A stretch of DNA of 56,597 nt from a virus (lineage: Duplodnaviria; Caudoviricetes). Made by a program: the position numbers and the translations under genes. The notes under the pieces were generated by a model that was not told the DNA's origin, searched no databases, and was given only the letters and a program-made list of their open reading frames with translations. How positions within the stretch are numbered: position 1 is the first letter of the stretch; each line of letters begins with the position of its first letter. Location: positions 1 through 56,597 of the IMG/VR virus record IMGVR_UViG_3300030419_006978; one strand, 5' to 3'. Positions 9,314 to 18,200 of this stretch are shown here, piece after piece.

Positions 9314-9717
9314 TACCTTTCTCCTCTTTGCCTGTAATACTCGGTCAATATTTCCATTGCCTCATCCCACGTACTGAACCTGATTATTGTTCTGAATGGT
9401 GGTGGGCATGTGTCAATAAACTTTTGTATAACAGACTTCTTCCAATTTTCCAACGCTTTATTGTCGGCTTCCTTTATCGTCCTTATGGTTGATCTGGAGG
9501 CGCCTTCATCCTCAAGCGTTTTATACTTCAGTTGCTTGATAAAAGCAACATCCTCCACTACGCCGCCCAACAGCGTTAACGTGTGAAGGTGCAGGAGTTG
9601 AACCAAGCGTACCAAGTGCACGTATTCAAAAAAACGAGCAGCAAATCTATAAATTATTATTGTAGAAAAAATCCAAAATAGCTCATACAAGCCATTTGTT
9701 TGCAAAAACTCTACCAC
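9313..9717 (-). CDS. Membrane protein directly upstream of the endolysin (holin candidate)
   Basis: N-terminal hydrophobic segment LFWIFSTIIIY; stop overlaps the endolysin start. Confidence 0.5.
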   Translation of the reverse strand: MVEFLQTNGLYELFWIFSTIIIYRFAARFFEYVHLVRLVQLLHLHTLTLLGGVVEDVAFIKQLKYKTLEDEGASRSTIRTIKEADNKALENWKKSVIQKFIDTCPPPFRTIIRFSTWDEAMEILTEYYRQRGER

Positions 9718-9734
9718 TCGGTTCCCCTAAAAAG

Positions 9735-9762
9735 AAAGCCACGATACTATTACCGTGGCTTT
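9735..9762 (-). terminator. Intrinsic terminator
   Basis: AAAGCCACG/CGTGGCTTT stem followed by CTTTTT on the minus strand. Confidence 0.75.
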
Positions 9763-9763
9763 C

Positions 9764-9792
9764 ATTATACCCTTTGTGGGGTTTATTGTTAA
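9764..9792 (-). promoter_or_regulatory. sigma70-type promoter before the membrane protein/endolysin pair
   Basis: TTAACA-N17-TATAAT. Confidence 0.7.
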
Positions 9793-9802
9793 TTCTAAAG
9801 TC

Positions 9803-10471
9803 TTACTCTTCTTTCTTCGCCTTCTTGCTAGCGCGGATTAGCCGTGCAGCAACTCGCTTAGCAACTTCATTAATGAGTGCCTCGTCGTCGACAACTTCTG
9901 GCAACTCTTCACCCTCTTCCATGTACGCCCTATTTCCCGGGGGAAGCTCTTCCTCGCCTTCTAGACCGGGCTCTTCCTCACCTTCTAGACCGGGCTCTTC
10001 CTCACCTTCTAGACCGGGCTCTTCGGGCGGAAGACCAAGCTCCTCTTCGCCCCCTAGACCACCAAGGTCCCCAAGGTCGCCCTCGTCGGCGCCCGCTGCC
10101 GCTGCAGCGCCCTCAACGTCAACGTCAACACCAAGCTGCGCAGCAGAATCCTTGAGACCGACAATTACGTCCTCAACGAACTGGTTGAGTTCCTCCTCGC
10201 CAATACCACCCTCTGGCGGTGCTGGCGGAAGCTCCTCTCCTGCTAGCTCCTCATCTCCCAGAGGTACCTCCTCAACGGGACCTTCTGGTTCCTCGGGCGG
10301 AAGCTCCTCTCCCTCCGGGGGGAGGTCTCCCTCTTCGTCTTCAAGACCGGGCTCGCCAAACTCGTAGAGGTCGGTTACAAACCCCTGTGATAGTTTATCA
10401 ATTTCAGCCAGCTTCATGAACCGGCGAACGGTTGATTCATTCAGTAGCGGCTTCTTCTCGTCTTTAGCCAT
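9803..10471 (-). CDS. Highly acidic, low-complexity protein; probable prohead core/internal protein
   Basis: Glu/Pro/Gly-rich; N-terminal LLNESTVRRFMKLAEI resembles the scaffold C-terminus; late motif and AAGGAG upstream. Confidence 0.75.
   Translation of the reverse strand: MAKDEKKPLLNESTVRRFMKLAEIDKLSQGFVTDLYEFGEPGLEDEEGDLPPEGEELPPEEPEGPVEEVPLGDEELAGEELPPAPPEGGIGEEELNQFVEDVIVGLKDSAAQLGVDVDVEGAAAAAGADEGDLGDLGGLGGEEELGLPPEEPGLEGEEEPGLEGEEEPGLEGEEELPPGNRAYMEEGEELPEVVDDEALINEVAKRVAARLIRASKKAKKEE
9946..10024. repeat. 24-bp tandem repeat, three copies plus a partial copy (PGLEGEEE)
   Basis: gctcttcctcRccttctagaccgg at 9946, 9970 and 9994. Confidence 0.95.
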
Positions 10472-10519
10472 GATTCATCTCCTTAGAATTACAATATACC
10501 TTAAAAAGGTTTTCATAAA

Positions 10520-10527
10520 TAAATAGT
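10520..10527 (-). promoter_or_regulatory. Putative late promoter ACTATTTA
   Basis: Recurring intergenic motif. Confidence 0.7.
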
Positions 10528-10565
10528 CATCATATCCGTAAAAAGCTTTTAATTTGTGCACTTAA

Positions 10566-10811
10566 TTACCCCTTAAGCTCAGCTGCTGCAGCTCTTTTTT
10601 TAAGCTTGCTCAGTATTTCAGTCTCAATCTGCTTAACTCTTACGAAACTTATGCCCAAGCGATCTGCAACTTGTCGCAAAGTCATGGGTCCATTTTTGTT
10701 AACAGCGACGAGGGTGCAGTTCAAGTCCTCCGAGTAGTCTAGCCATAGTCGGCAATCCTTCTGCACACACTCTTCTCCTTCTATCATGCATTCTCTAGCG
10801 CATTTTCTCAT
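10566..10811 (-). CDS. Stand-alone sigma70 region-4 HTH protein with Cys-rich N-terminus
   Basis: PMTLRQVADRLGISFVRVKQIE...LSKL follows the sigma4 pattern; five Cys in the first 32 aa. Confidence 0.8.
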   Translation of the reverse strand: MRKCARECMIEGEECVQKDCRLWLDYSEDLNCTLVAVNKNGPMTLRQVADRLGISFVRVKQIETEILSKLKKRAAAAELKG

Positions 10812-11125
10812 AAATCTGGGTGCTCCTTTTCTAATAAGTCAAATATATTCTCAATTTCTTCCTGCTCTAAACCAAACTTCTTCATCAAATCCTCTCCCTC
10901 TTCCTGCAATTTCAGAGACTTAGTTCTCTTCTCCTTACTGTGGATGTTTTTACCCTCTTGGATACCGGCAATAAAGTTCATTATATTTTTGTCTTTCTCA
11001 AGGTATCCCGTAATTAAAGAGCGAAAAAAATCGGCTTGTGTTAGCCCATCATAGTGAAGCCTCAACTTCAGATCAGCATGCCTTTTATCGGTATCTTTAA
11101 ATAGGATTCTTTTTTCTCGCGGCAT
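10808..11125 (-). CDS. Hypothetical protein, possible ribbon-helix-helix DNA-binding N-terminus
   Basis: KRILFK strand then helix-G-helix (DGLTQADFFRSLITGYL). Confidence 0.55.
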   Translation of the reverse strand: MPREKRILFKDTDKRHADLKLRLHYDGLTQADFFRSLITGYLEKDKNIMNFIAGIQEGKNIHSKEKRTKSLKLQEEGEDLMKKFGLEQEEIENIFDLLEKEHPDL

Positions 11126-12208
11126 TTATTTTCTCAAAATATGTGTACTGCTCTCACTGGCTCCAGCAGAAGTCTGCTTTACAAACCTCGCCTTAGCCTG
11201 AAGCTGTGTTAGAGTCCTGGCTCCGGAGTATGAAAATCCGCTGCGGATGCCCCTACTGAGGTCTTCAAGAACATCCTCTACGGGACCCTTACAGCGAACC
11301 GTCGTCGCGACCCCCTCTAGGGACGATGCTCTGCCCCTCCACTCTACCTGGGCGTCCTTGCTAGCCATGCCTCGATAAGATTTAAACTTTCCCCGGCGGG
11401 TATTAATTACGTCTCCAGGAGTTTCATCAGTACCTGCAAGCAAAGACCCAAGCATAACGAAGTCAGCACCAGCTGCCAAAGCCTTGACAATATCGCCAGC
11501 GTTCCGTATTCCTCCGTCAGCAATGATGGGCGCTCCCCTTTCTGATTTAGCACAATCAATAATTGTTTGAAGCCCCGGAACACCATGGCCAGTCTGAACC
11601 CTAGTTGAACAAATAGAACCGCCGCCAATATTGCAGCGCACACTATCGGCTCCCCAATCGACCAAGTCATTATAACCCTCCAATGTTGCAACGTTGCCCG
11701 CTATGATGTGAACAGCGTCTGCGAAAACCTCCCGCAATTCGCTAAGTGCTTCCTTCATTAATATGTGATGCCCATGGGCTACGTCCACACATAGGATTCG
11801 CACGCCCGCATCATAAAGGGCTGTCGCTCTATCTAAATAGTCTCCAGAAGTTCCTATCGCTGCAGCGGCATTGCAGCCTGCCTTTATTATAATGCCATCA
11901 AGAATGCTGACCTGTTCTTCTATCGTGTTATAGCGATGCACAACCGCTAACCCACCGGACTGCCACATAGCCACGCCCATTCCTTCTTCGCTAATTGTAT
12001 CCATTGGACTGGAGATAATAGGCAGAGATAGCTTGGTCGTCGGACCGTTACCCCTTAAGACCGATGCGATGCTTACTTCGCGACGGCTCTTGATGTCTGA
12101 GTATTGCGGTACTAACAGTACATCATCATAAGTTAACGTCTCCCTGACTGGATCGTCGTGGTCATGACCGTAATGGTACGCCACACCGCTACTGGGGCTG
12201 AACTTCAT
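11126..12208 (-). CDS. IMP dehydrogenase/GMP reductase family enzyme without CBS domains
   Basis: [47 protein letters not shown]. Confidence 0.93.
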   Translation of the reverse strand: MKFSPSSGVAYHYGHDHDDPVRETLTYDDVLLVPQYSDIKSRREVSIASVLRGNGPTTKLSLPIISSPMDTISEEGMGVAMWQSGGLAVVHRYNTIEEQVSILDGIIIKAGCNAAAAIGTSGDYLDRATALYDAGVRILCVDVAHGHHILMKEALSELREVFADAVHIIAGNVATLEGYNDLVDWGADSVRCNIGGGSICSTRVQTGHGVPGLQTIIDCAKSERGAPIIADGGIRNAGDIVKALAAGADFVMLGSLLAGTDETPGDVINTRRGKFKSYRGMASKDAQVEWRGRASSLEGVATTVRCKGPVEDVLEDLSRGIRSGFSYSGARTLTQLQAKARFVKQTSAGASESSTHILRK

Positions 12209-12470
12209 TTCTTTTAAACCTTTCCTGCATCTCGGCTAGCGTATCCTTCGCAGACTGCCAGCACTCTGGGCACCAGAGATTAACCTTGTCTTGTTCTTTT
12301 CTGACCACCACCGTCCACGACATGACCATGTCCTTGTCTTTCTTATCAAAGTCCTTGCTACACGACATGCACGCACCGGGAAGCTTATCGAACATATTAA
12401 GCTTCTGCGCCATCTCCTTTTGCGCTCGCTTCTTGGCTTTGTTGTGCTTTCTGAGCTTTGGTCTGCTCAT
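12189..12470 (-). CDS. Small zinc-finger protein
   Basis: CMSC...CPEC; start MSRPK in an ATGA overlap with the methylase stop. Confidence 0.7.
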   Translation of the reverse strand: MSRPKLRKHNKAKKRAQKEMAQKLNMFDKLPGACMSCSKDFDKKDKDMVMSWTVVVRKEQDKVNLWCPECWQSAKDTLAEMQERFKRNEVQPQ

Positions 12471-13000
12471 TCTCTCTCCATCGGGTATACGGTTGGGCTC
12501 AAAATCACCGGACCTTTGTACAGGGTGTCGGAATGAAACACTGCAACGGCAGAGGGGAACGGGGCTGCATTGGTAGAGTTGCCAAACTTTAGACGACCAC
12601 GAACAAAGTGCACCTCTTTCGCCTTCATGACGTATCTGTGCCACCACTTCGTATCAGTCCGAGAGGGAATAAGCATAACGACAATCGTGTTGTGTTTCTT
12701 AGATTCCTCATACCCCTTCCTAATCCAGTCGCCAATATCTCTACCGTAAGGCGGGTTTACAAAAACCGTGTGCCCTCCCCAGTCCTGAATCAGACCGTCA
12801 TCTTCTTCTGTATAATATTTTTTACACTTGGCGCTTGAAGGCGTAGCACACGGGTCCAGGGTGAACTGAAACTGTTTATCAAGCTTGTCAAAGAAAGCTT
12901 GCGGCGTGTCCCACTCGCCGGTCTTTGAGCTAAAGCCCACTGCGCCGCTGTCTTTACTCCACAACTTCGCGCCTCTCGCGCTAACAACTTCAGCCTTCAT
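12467..13000 (-). CDS. Phage DNA N6-adenine methyltransferase
   Basis: EWDTP, FTLDPCA, DGL..DW, VFVNPPY, LIPSRTDT.WW, GRLKF, APFPS. Confidence 0.92.
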   Translation of the reverse strand: MKAEVVSARGAKLWSKDSGAVGFSSKTGEWDTPQAFFDKLDKQFQFTLDPCATPSSAKCKKYYTEEDDGLIQDWGGHTVFVNPPYGRDIGDWIRKGYEESKKHNTIVVMLIPSRTDTKWWHRYVMKAKEVHFVRGRLKFGNSTNAAPFPSAVAVFHSDTLYKGPVILSPTVYPMERE

Positions 13001-13457
13001 CTGTGCTCCCCAAAGCTCCGTCACCACGGTGACTCATCGTAATTGGATACCAGTCATACAGGTCTCCAGACTGCGTCTCTATTGCCCTAAACGGGACCAC
13101 CGGAACAAGTACGACCTGTGCGATCTTTGCATTACGTTCAATGTGCTGCACCTCTTTTCCAACGTTGTGCAAGTTAATAAAAACTTCTCCGTCGTAACCG
13201 CTATCAATCACACATGCTCCGACAATCAAGCCCTGCTTGGCAGCAACGCTTGAGCGATTCTTCACCTCAAGCATGAATCCGTGAGGCACCCCGAACCTTA
13301 GCCCGGTAGGCAGTATCACACTCTCTCCCGGGTTGACCTTCATCACCCTTACAGCAACATCTTCGGGGCTGTAAAACACATCCAACCCCGCATCGCTCGG
13401 ATTTGCCCTGACCGGTGGCTTAGCCGATTCTCTAACTCTCGTATATTCTAGTAACAT
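12990..13457 (-). CDS. dut: Trimeric dUTPase
   Basis: AGLD, NRSS, VIDSGYDGE, IAQ, RGDGALGST. Confidence 0.95.
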   Translation of the reverse strand: MLLEYTRVRESAKPPVRANPSDAGLDVFYSPEDVAVRVMKVNPGESVILPTGLRFGVPHGFMLEVKNRSSVAAKQGLIVGACVIDSGYDGEVFINLHNVGKEVQHIERNAKIAQVVLVPVVPFRAIETQSGDLYDWYPITMSHRGDGALGSTDEG

Positions 13458-13466
13458 TATTTTCTC

Positions 13467-14069
13467 CTATTCAAAGTCTATGTTGACGTTAACCGTAACG
13501 TTAAATTTTGGTACACGTATCTGGTTAGCTAAGTTGTGAAATTTTGCCTCTTCGGCATCTAAAAACCAGTCCGCGTGGCTCTTCTCGTGAATCAGGTCCA
13601 AGAAATGTTCATCCCTCTTTCCACAATTGCGTGCCATCATTCGGTATACCTTCTGGTTTAACCTGTCTGCCTCGGCGCTATCCGCTTTTATCTCTTCGAC
13701 CTTGCCCCAGACAGAAGTTGAAACATCATGAATCATTAGGGTGGCATCCGGGTCCATAAACCTCATACCTTCAGTTCCAAAAGAATACAGTATAGCCCCG
13801 CAGGACATGGCTTTGCCCTCAACAATGGTGGCTACTGGCAGTTCAGCGTGTCTGATCGAGGAAATCATGCTCATCAGGCTGTAAACCTGCCCTCCATAAG
13901 AATCAACGATCACCGGAATGACAGACTGACCAGTATTGTGAGCCGCATTCATCTGGTTTTCAAACTCTTTCGCCGCCTTGTTGTTAAACTCGTTAACACG
14001 AACAACAACAGGTCGCTTCCTTAGCTCTGGTTCTTTTAAAAGTTTACTAAATGTGAACGTGGTCTTCAT
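13467..14069 (-). CDS. clpP: ClpP-family protease
   Basis: DSYGG, AMSCG (catalytic Ser), LMIHD (His), DWFLDAEEA (Asp). Confidence 0.9.
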   Translation of the reverse strand: MKTTFTFSKLLKEPELRKRPVVVRVNEFNNKAAKEFENQMNAAHNTGQSVIPVIVDSYGGQVYSLMSMISSIRHAELPVATIVEGKAMSCGAILYSFGTEGMRFMDPDATLMIHDVSTSVWGKVEEIKADSAEADRLNQKVYRMMARNCGKRDEHFLDLIHEKSHADWFLDAEEAKFHNLANQIRVPKFNVTVNVNIDFE

Positions 14070-15067
14070 TATATTGTCTCCGGGTTATAAGAAAAGTGAA
14101 CATCAATGTCAGAAAACGTGGCAGTAATGTAGTCGCGCATCTCCTCTTCAGATGTAAACTTAACTTTAATTCGATCATCGTTTCCGCAACGAAGACCCCA
14201 CGTACCCAGCTGTTTAAGCACATCCATTTTGTTTATGACGATGTGGGTGACCCCGTTAATGTTTGCTGCCCTCTTAAGCAGGTTAACATCTGTCCAATTG
14301 CATTGTCGCGGGCGACCTGTGGTCGCGCCGTACTCCTTGCCAACTTTCCTTATTAAGTTAAAAATGTCTTGATCTTTGGGCTGAAAATCTTTTGCGCCCA
14401 CATATGTCTCATATGCCTTGGCTACACCCCAGACGTGTCTTACTGACTTCGGGGGGATTCCATTTAGAAGTGCTCCAGCAACTGTACAATGGCTAGAAGT
14501 GACGAAAGGATAGTCCCCCCAATCAATATCAAGACCGAAACCTTGAGCACCTTCCAGTAGAACTTCCACCTGATTTTCGTTATTATGGAGTTCTTCATAG
14601 ATATCTATTGTATACTCGTCAAGCTCCGGAACGTCAGTGGCTCTCACGCCAGTCCTGTCGTACTTGTCCCGGTAGGCGGGTCCGTTGCCGCGACCCGTGG
14701 TCCCTATCCTAGTATCTTTTTCGTCTTCTTGCATGTGCTCATCAGTTATAATGTGAGCATTCTTGGCAATCTTAATTAGTCCTGCACAAACTATTCCACC
14801 CTGTTCTAATTCGTTAATTTCGTTGAAAAATTGTTGCAGATTTACGACGCACCCCGGACCAATAATGGACTTGACTCCGTAAAACACTCCAGCTGGAATA
14901 TGGTGGGTCACAAACTTCTTTCCCTCGTGGTAAATTGTGTGCCCAGCGTTGCAGCCACCGTTGTAGCGGATGCAGTGTGTGTAGTTGCCACCCTCCAGCA
15001 AATGATGGGTGACCTTGCCCTTGCCGCAGTCTCCATACTGCAAATCAACAATTATGTCTGCAATCAT
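14069..15067 (-). CDS. purA: Adenylosuccinate synthetase, short form
   Basis: QYGDCGKGK, GGCNAGHT, IGTTGRGNGPAY, EGAQG, YPFVTSS, GATTGRPR, NKMD. Confidence 0.95.
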   Translation of the reverse strand: MIADIIVDLQYGDCGKGKVTHHLLEGGNYTHCIRYNGGCNAGHTIYHEGKKFVTHHIPAGVFYGVKSIIGPGCVVNLQQFFNEINELEQGGIVCAGLIKIAKNAHIITDEHMQEDEKDTRIGTTGRGNGPAYRDKYDRTGVRATDVPELDEYTIDIYEELHNNENQVEVLLEGAQGFGLDIDWGDYPFVTSSHCTVAGALLNGIPPKSVRHVWGVAKAYETYVGAKDFQPKDQDIFNLIRKVGKEYGATTGRPRQCNWTDVNLLKRAANINGVTHIVINKMDVLKQLGTWGLRCGNDDRIKVKFTSEEEMRDYITATFSDIDVHFSYNPETI

Positions 15068-15210
15068 CGTTTGCCCTGCCCCCTATACTTCTTCTTATAA
15101 TTCTTGTTTCCACCATGTGGACCAGGGTGACTGTGCTTGGTAAACTTGCTGTTACCAATAGAAGTCTTCTTCTTTTTTGTTTCTTTTTTTCTTGCCTGAT
15201 TTTTTGCCAT
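15064..15210 (-). CDS. 48-aa basic peptide resembling small conserved proteins of T4-like phages
   Basis: Below the ORF-track cut-off. Manual translation MAKNQARKKETKKKKTSIGNSKFTKHSHPGPHGGNKNYKKKYRGQGKR; AGGAG RBS; ATGA overlap with purA. Confidence 0.8.
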   Translation of the reverse strand: MAKNQARKKETKKKKTSIGNSKFTKHSHPGPHGGNKNYKKKYRGQGKR

Positions 15211-15219
15211 TGTCTCTCC

Positions 15220-18200
15220 TTATCCTAATAGCCTAAAATTGTGCCTAATCGACCTCGTTGAGAAGCCCCATTGCTCATCATAATCCAGTCGTGCCATGTA
15301 GGGTCGGTTGACATGAACTGTGTCTCCAGATTTCACTCCCCAACACTTAATCTTTGTAACCGTACTGGTTGAGTCAATAGCCTCGACAATCAAATAGTTA
15401 CTTCCGTTCTTTGTCTTTCGTTTCGTGACCTTTCTGGGAATAAACCAAGAGACCAAGAGTTCTGGATCATATTCTCCGAGCGGAGGGATATAGTTCTCTT
15501 CGAGCTTCTTTCTCACGTTGTCTGTCACGACCAGACCAATCGGGAATACGCCTGTAAGGTCAACGAGGTACTGAATCTTTTCCTCTTGTGTGAACTCTGC
15601 TTCGCCAGCGAAGAACTCGATGTTCTCACCGAACTTCTTCGTGTTCTTTGGTCGCTCTACCGCCACGGACGCCCAAAAATGTTTTAGGTTATTAAATCTA
15701 TCGTCCATCAGCGTGTTGAGCGCCTGCGCACGAATTAAAGCATCGAGCGCCTTCTTGTTAAGTTTACTATAAACGATGTCCTCATTAAAGATAAAATCTT
15801 CAATTGTTTCAAAAGGACGATTACTTAGCACTTGTGCAATTGCAGCATCGCCAAGTCCCTTGATCGAAGTAAGCGGCTGAATTAAAGTTTGCCCGTCCTC
15901 GGAAATCTCCCAAACAGTGCCAGAAGTATTAATGTTCAACGGCTCAATGTCAAAGCCAAACTTCTTGGCAGTGTGGATAGCGTTCTCTTTCCTAGTTTCT
16001 GGCTCCTTGTCCAAAAACGCCGCCATCCACTCAGCCGGGTAGTTGTTCAGTAGCCACGCGCACTGGTAAGATATGACGCTGTAAGATACAGCATGAGACT
16101 TATTAAATCCATATCCACCGAAATATTCAAAATTCTGCCACAAGTCCTCTGCATTGTACTTGCTAATCCCCTTCTCAAGGCATCCATCAATAAACCTCCT
16201 GCGTATGTCGTCCTTGGCTTCGTGCCCCTTGCCCGTTCCCTTCTTGGTCAGAAGCTTTCGAAGCAAATTGCCCTCATCCAACGTGATATCCTTACCTAGT
16301 CTGTGAGCCAAAATAGCAATCTGTTCTTGGAAAATCAAGAAGCCGTATGTTTCCTCCGTTACCTCGCGAACAATGTCGTTAACGTACTTAATGTTTGCCG
16401 GATCCCTCTTTGCCTCGATAAACCTCTTGTCCACGCCAGCCCCAAGAGGACCCGGTCGATAAATACTAGTAATTGCCGCTAGCTCGGTCAAGCTCGTCGG
16501 CTTAACCCTCTTGCAAAAATCTTGAGCGCCGCCTTCCGTAAGCTGGAATACACCTGCCCACTTTCCTTTGTGGAAAATGTTTTTCCACACGCCCTGGTCA
16601 TCAAAATCTATAACATCTGGATGAAGCTTCTCGCTGTAGTATTTTTTAACATCGTCAAATGTCGGCTCTGTTACCCCATGCTCCCTCTTGAGGATATGCC
16701 GAATGCAACCATCGATCATCCTCAGTGACGCCAGTCCCAGAACATCGAACTTGATGAACCCCATCGGCTCAAGGTGCCTCACGTTCTGTCCCTCTGACCA
16801 GGGAGTTTGCCTAACGCCCTTGCTGTTAATCAGGGGCATCCAGCGATCCAGATTCTCCCCAACAACGATGCCCCCTGCATGTCGCGAAGCTGAGCGGGTC
16901 TGACCGTGTAGCGCCTCAACGTGAATCTTGACATGGGGATACTTCTGAAGGAAGTTCTGCAGACTTGCGCTAAACTCCATCGTCTCTTCAAACGTCGGCA
17001 CGTATACGCCAGACTTAATTCCATGCTTGGCTTTGGCTGGTCCCGTCGCCTCATATAACATCTTGCCAGTAACCTGATTCACCTCGGTAAATGGAATTCC
17101 ATAAAACTTTGAAATATCCTTGATGAGGCTGCGTAGTTGAAGTGTGTTCCAGTTCGAAATTGGCACCACACTATCGTCGCCCCACTCCTCAACCAAGCCC
17201 TCCTTAAGGCTCATCGGGTCGGACACATCATAGTCAATGTCTGGATAGTCTGTAGCATCGCGGCGAAGGAATCTCTCAAACAAGAGACCCCAACGCACTG
17301 GATCAATCTGTGTGACGCCCAAGAGGTATGCCACAAGCGATCCTGCGCCCGAACCACGCCCTGGACCGGTCAGCTGCCTCTCGTTTGCCTTGTCGGCAAT
17401 TGCTGCCATGGTCAAAAAGTACTTGCTAAATCCTCGCTCACTAATCACCTCAAGTTCGGTCTTGAGTCTCTCCTCGTACTCCTCAGAGAACAAGCCCAGG
17501 CGGCTCTTGCCCTGCTCGCACAAAGCGACAAGAGCGTCGTCAGCAGTGGTGCCCTCCGGGACAACAAAGTCTGGTAGCCTAACTTCATTATCAGGAATGA
17601 AAGTCTCTATCCTCTCACATGCAATCTGGTGAGTGCGCTTAATAGCATCAAGCACCAGATCGTCGTCGTATTCAACCCCAGCCCCAGCGCTGAACCTCTT
17701 GTATGACTCCCACATCTGATCGCCGTTCTTGGGGTACAACTCCATGCCCAGTTCGTCAATTGAATCCGGGAGAGTGTCTGATACATAGTCTGGCTTAAAC
17801 GTTCCCATCATAAAGCCCAGGCGCTTGTAAAGCTCTCGATCCTTCCAGGCTTCCGGGCGGGGGTAGTGACTGTCGGCAGTGACTATAAGCTCGATGCCGA
17901 ACTCTTCATGCATTTGAATTATGTACTTGTTCAGGTCGTGCTGCTCCGGTGCTGCGTTCCATTGTAGCTCGCCGTACCAACGATCTCCAAAAACATCCAG
18001 CATCTTGCGAGTCGTCTCTCGCATTGCCTCAAGTACCTTCTCCTCGTTAACTCCGGTGCGATTACCCTCTTCGTCGTACTCTAAGCCAGCCCAATAGTCA
18101 CCGGCATACACGCCCCCAAGGCATGCAGACGCTGCAATAATGCCTTCGCCATACTCTTTGAGCATCGCATAATCAACACGCGGATAGCGATAAAAATTTT

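Noticed and set aside
9946-10024. CRISPR array
   Set aside because: The 24-bp units are contiguous, in frame and lack spacers; no cas genes are present.
14069-15067. PurZ and a Z-genome (PurA homolog with MazG-like and PolA genes present)
   Set aside because: The catalytic Asp is kept (GDCGKG, not GSTGKG), as are TTGRPR and the GTP-specifying KxD (NKMD), so it reads as canonical PurA. No DatZ-like HD hydrolase is seen in the window.
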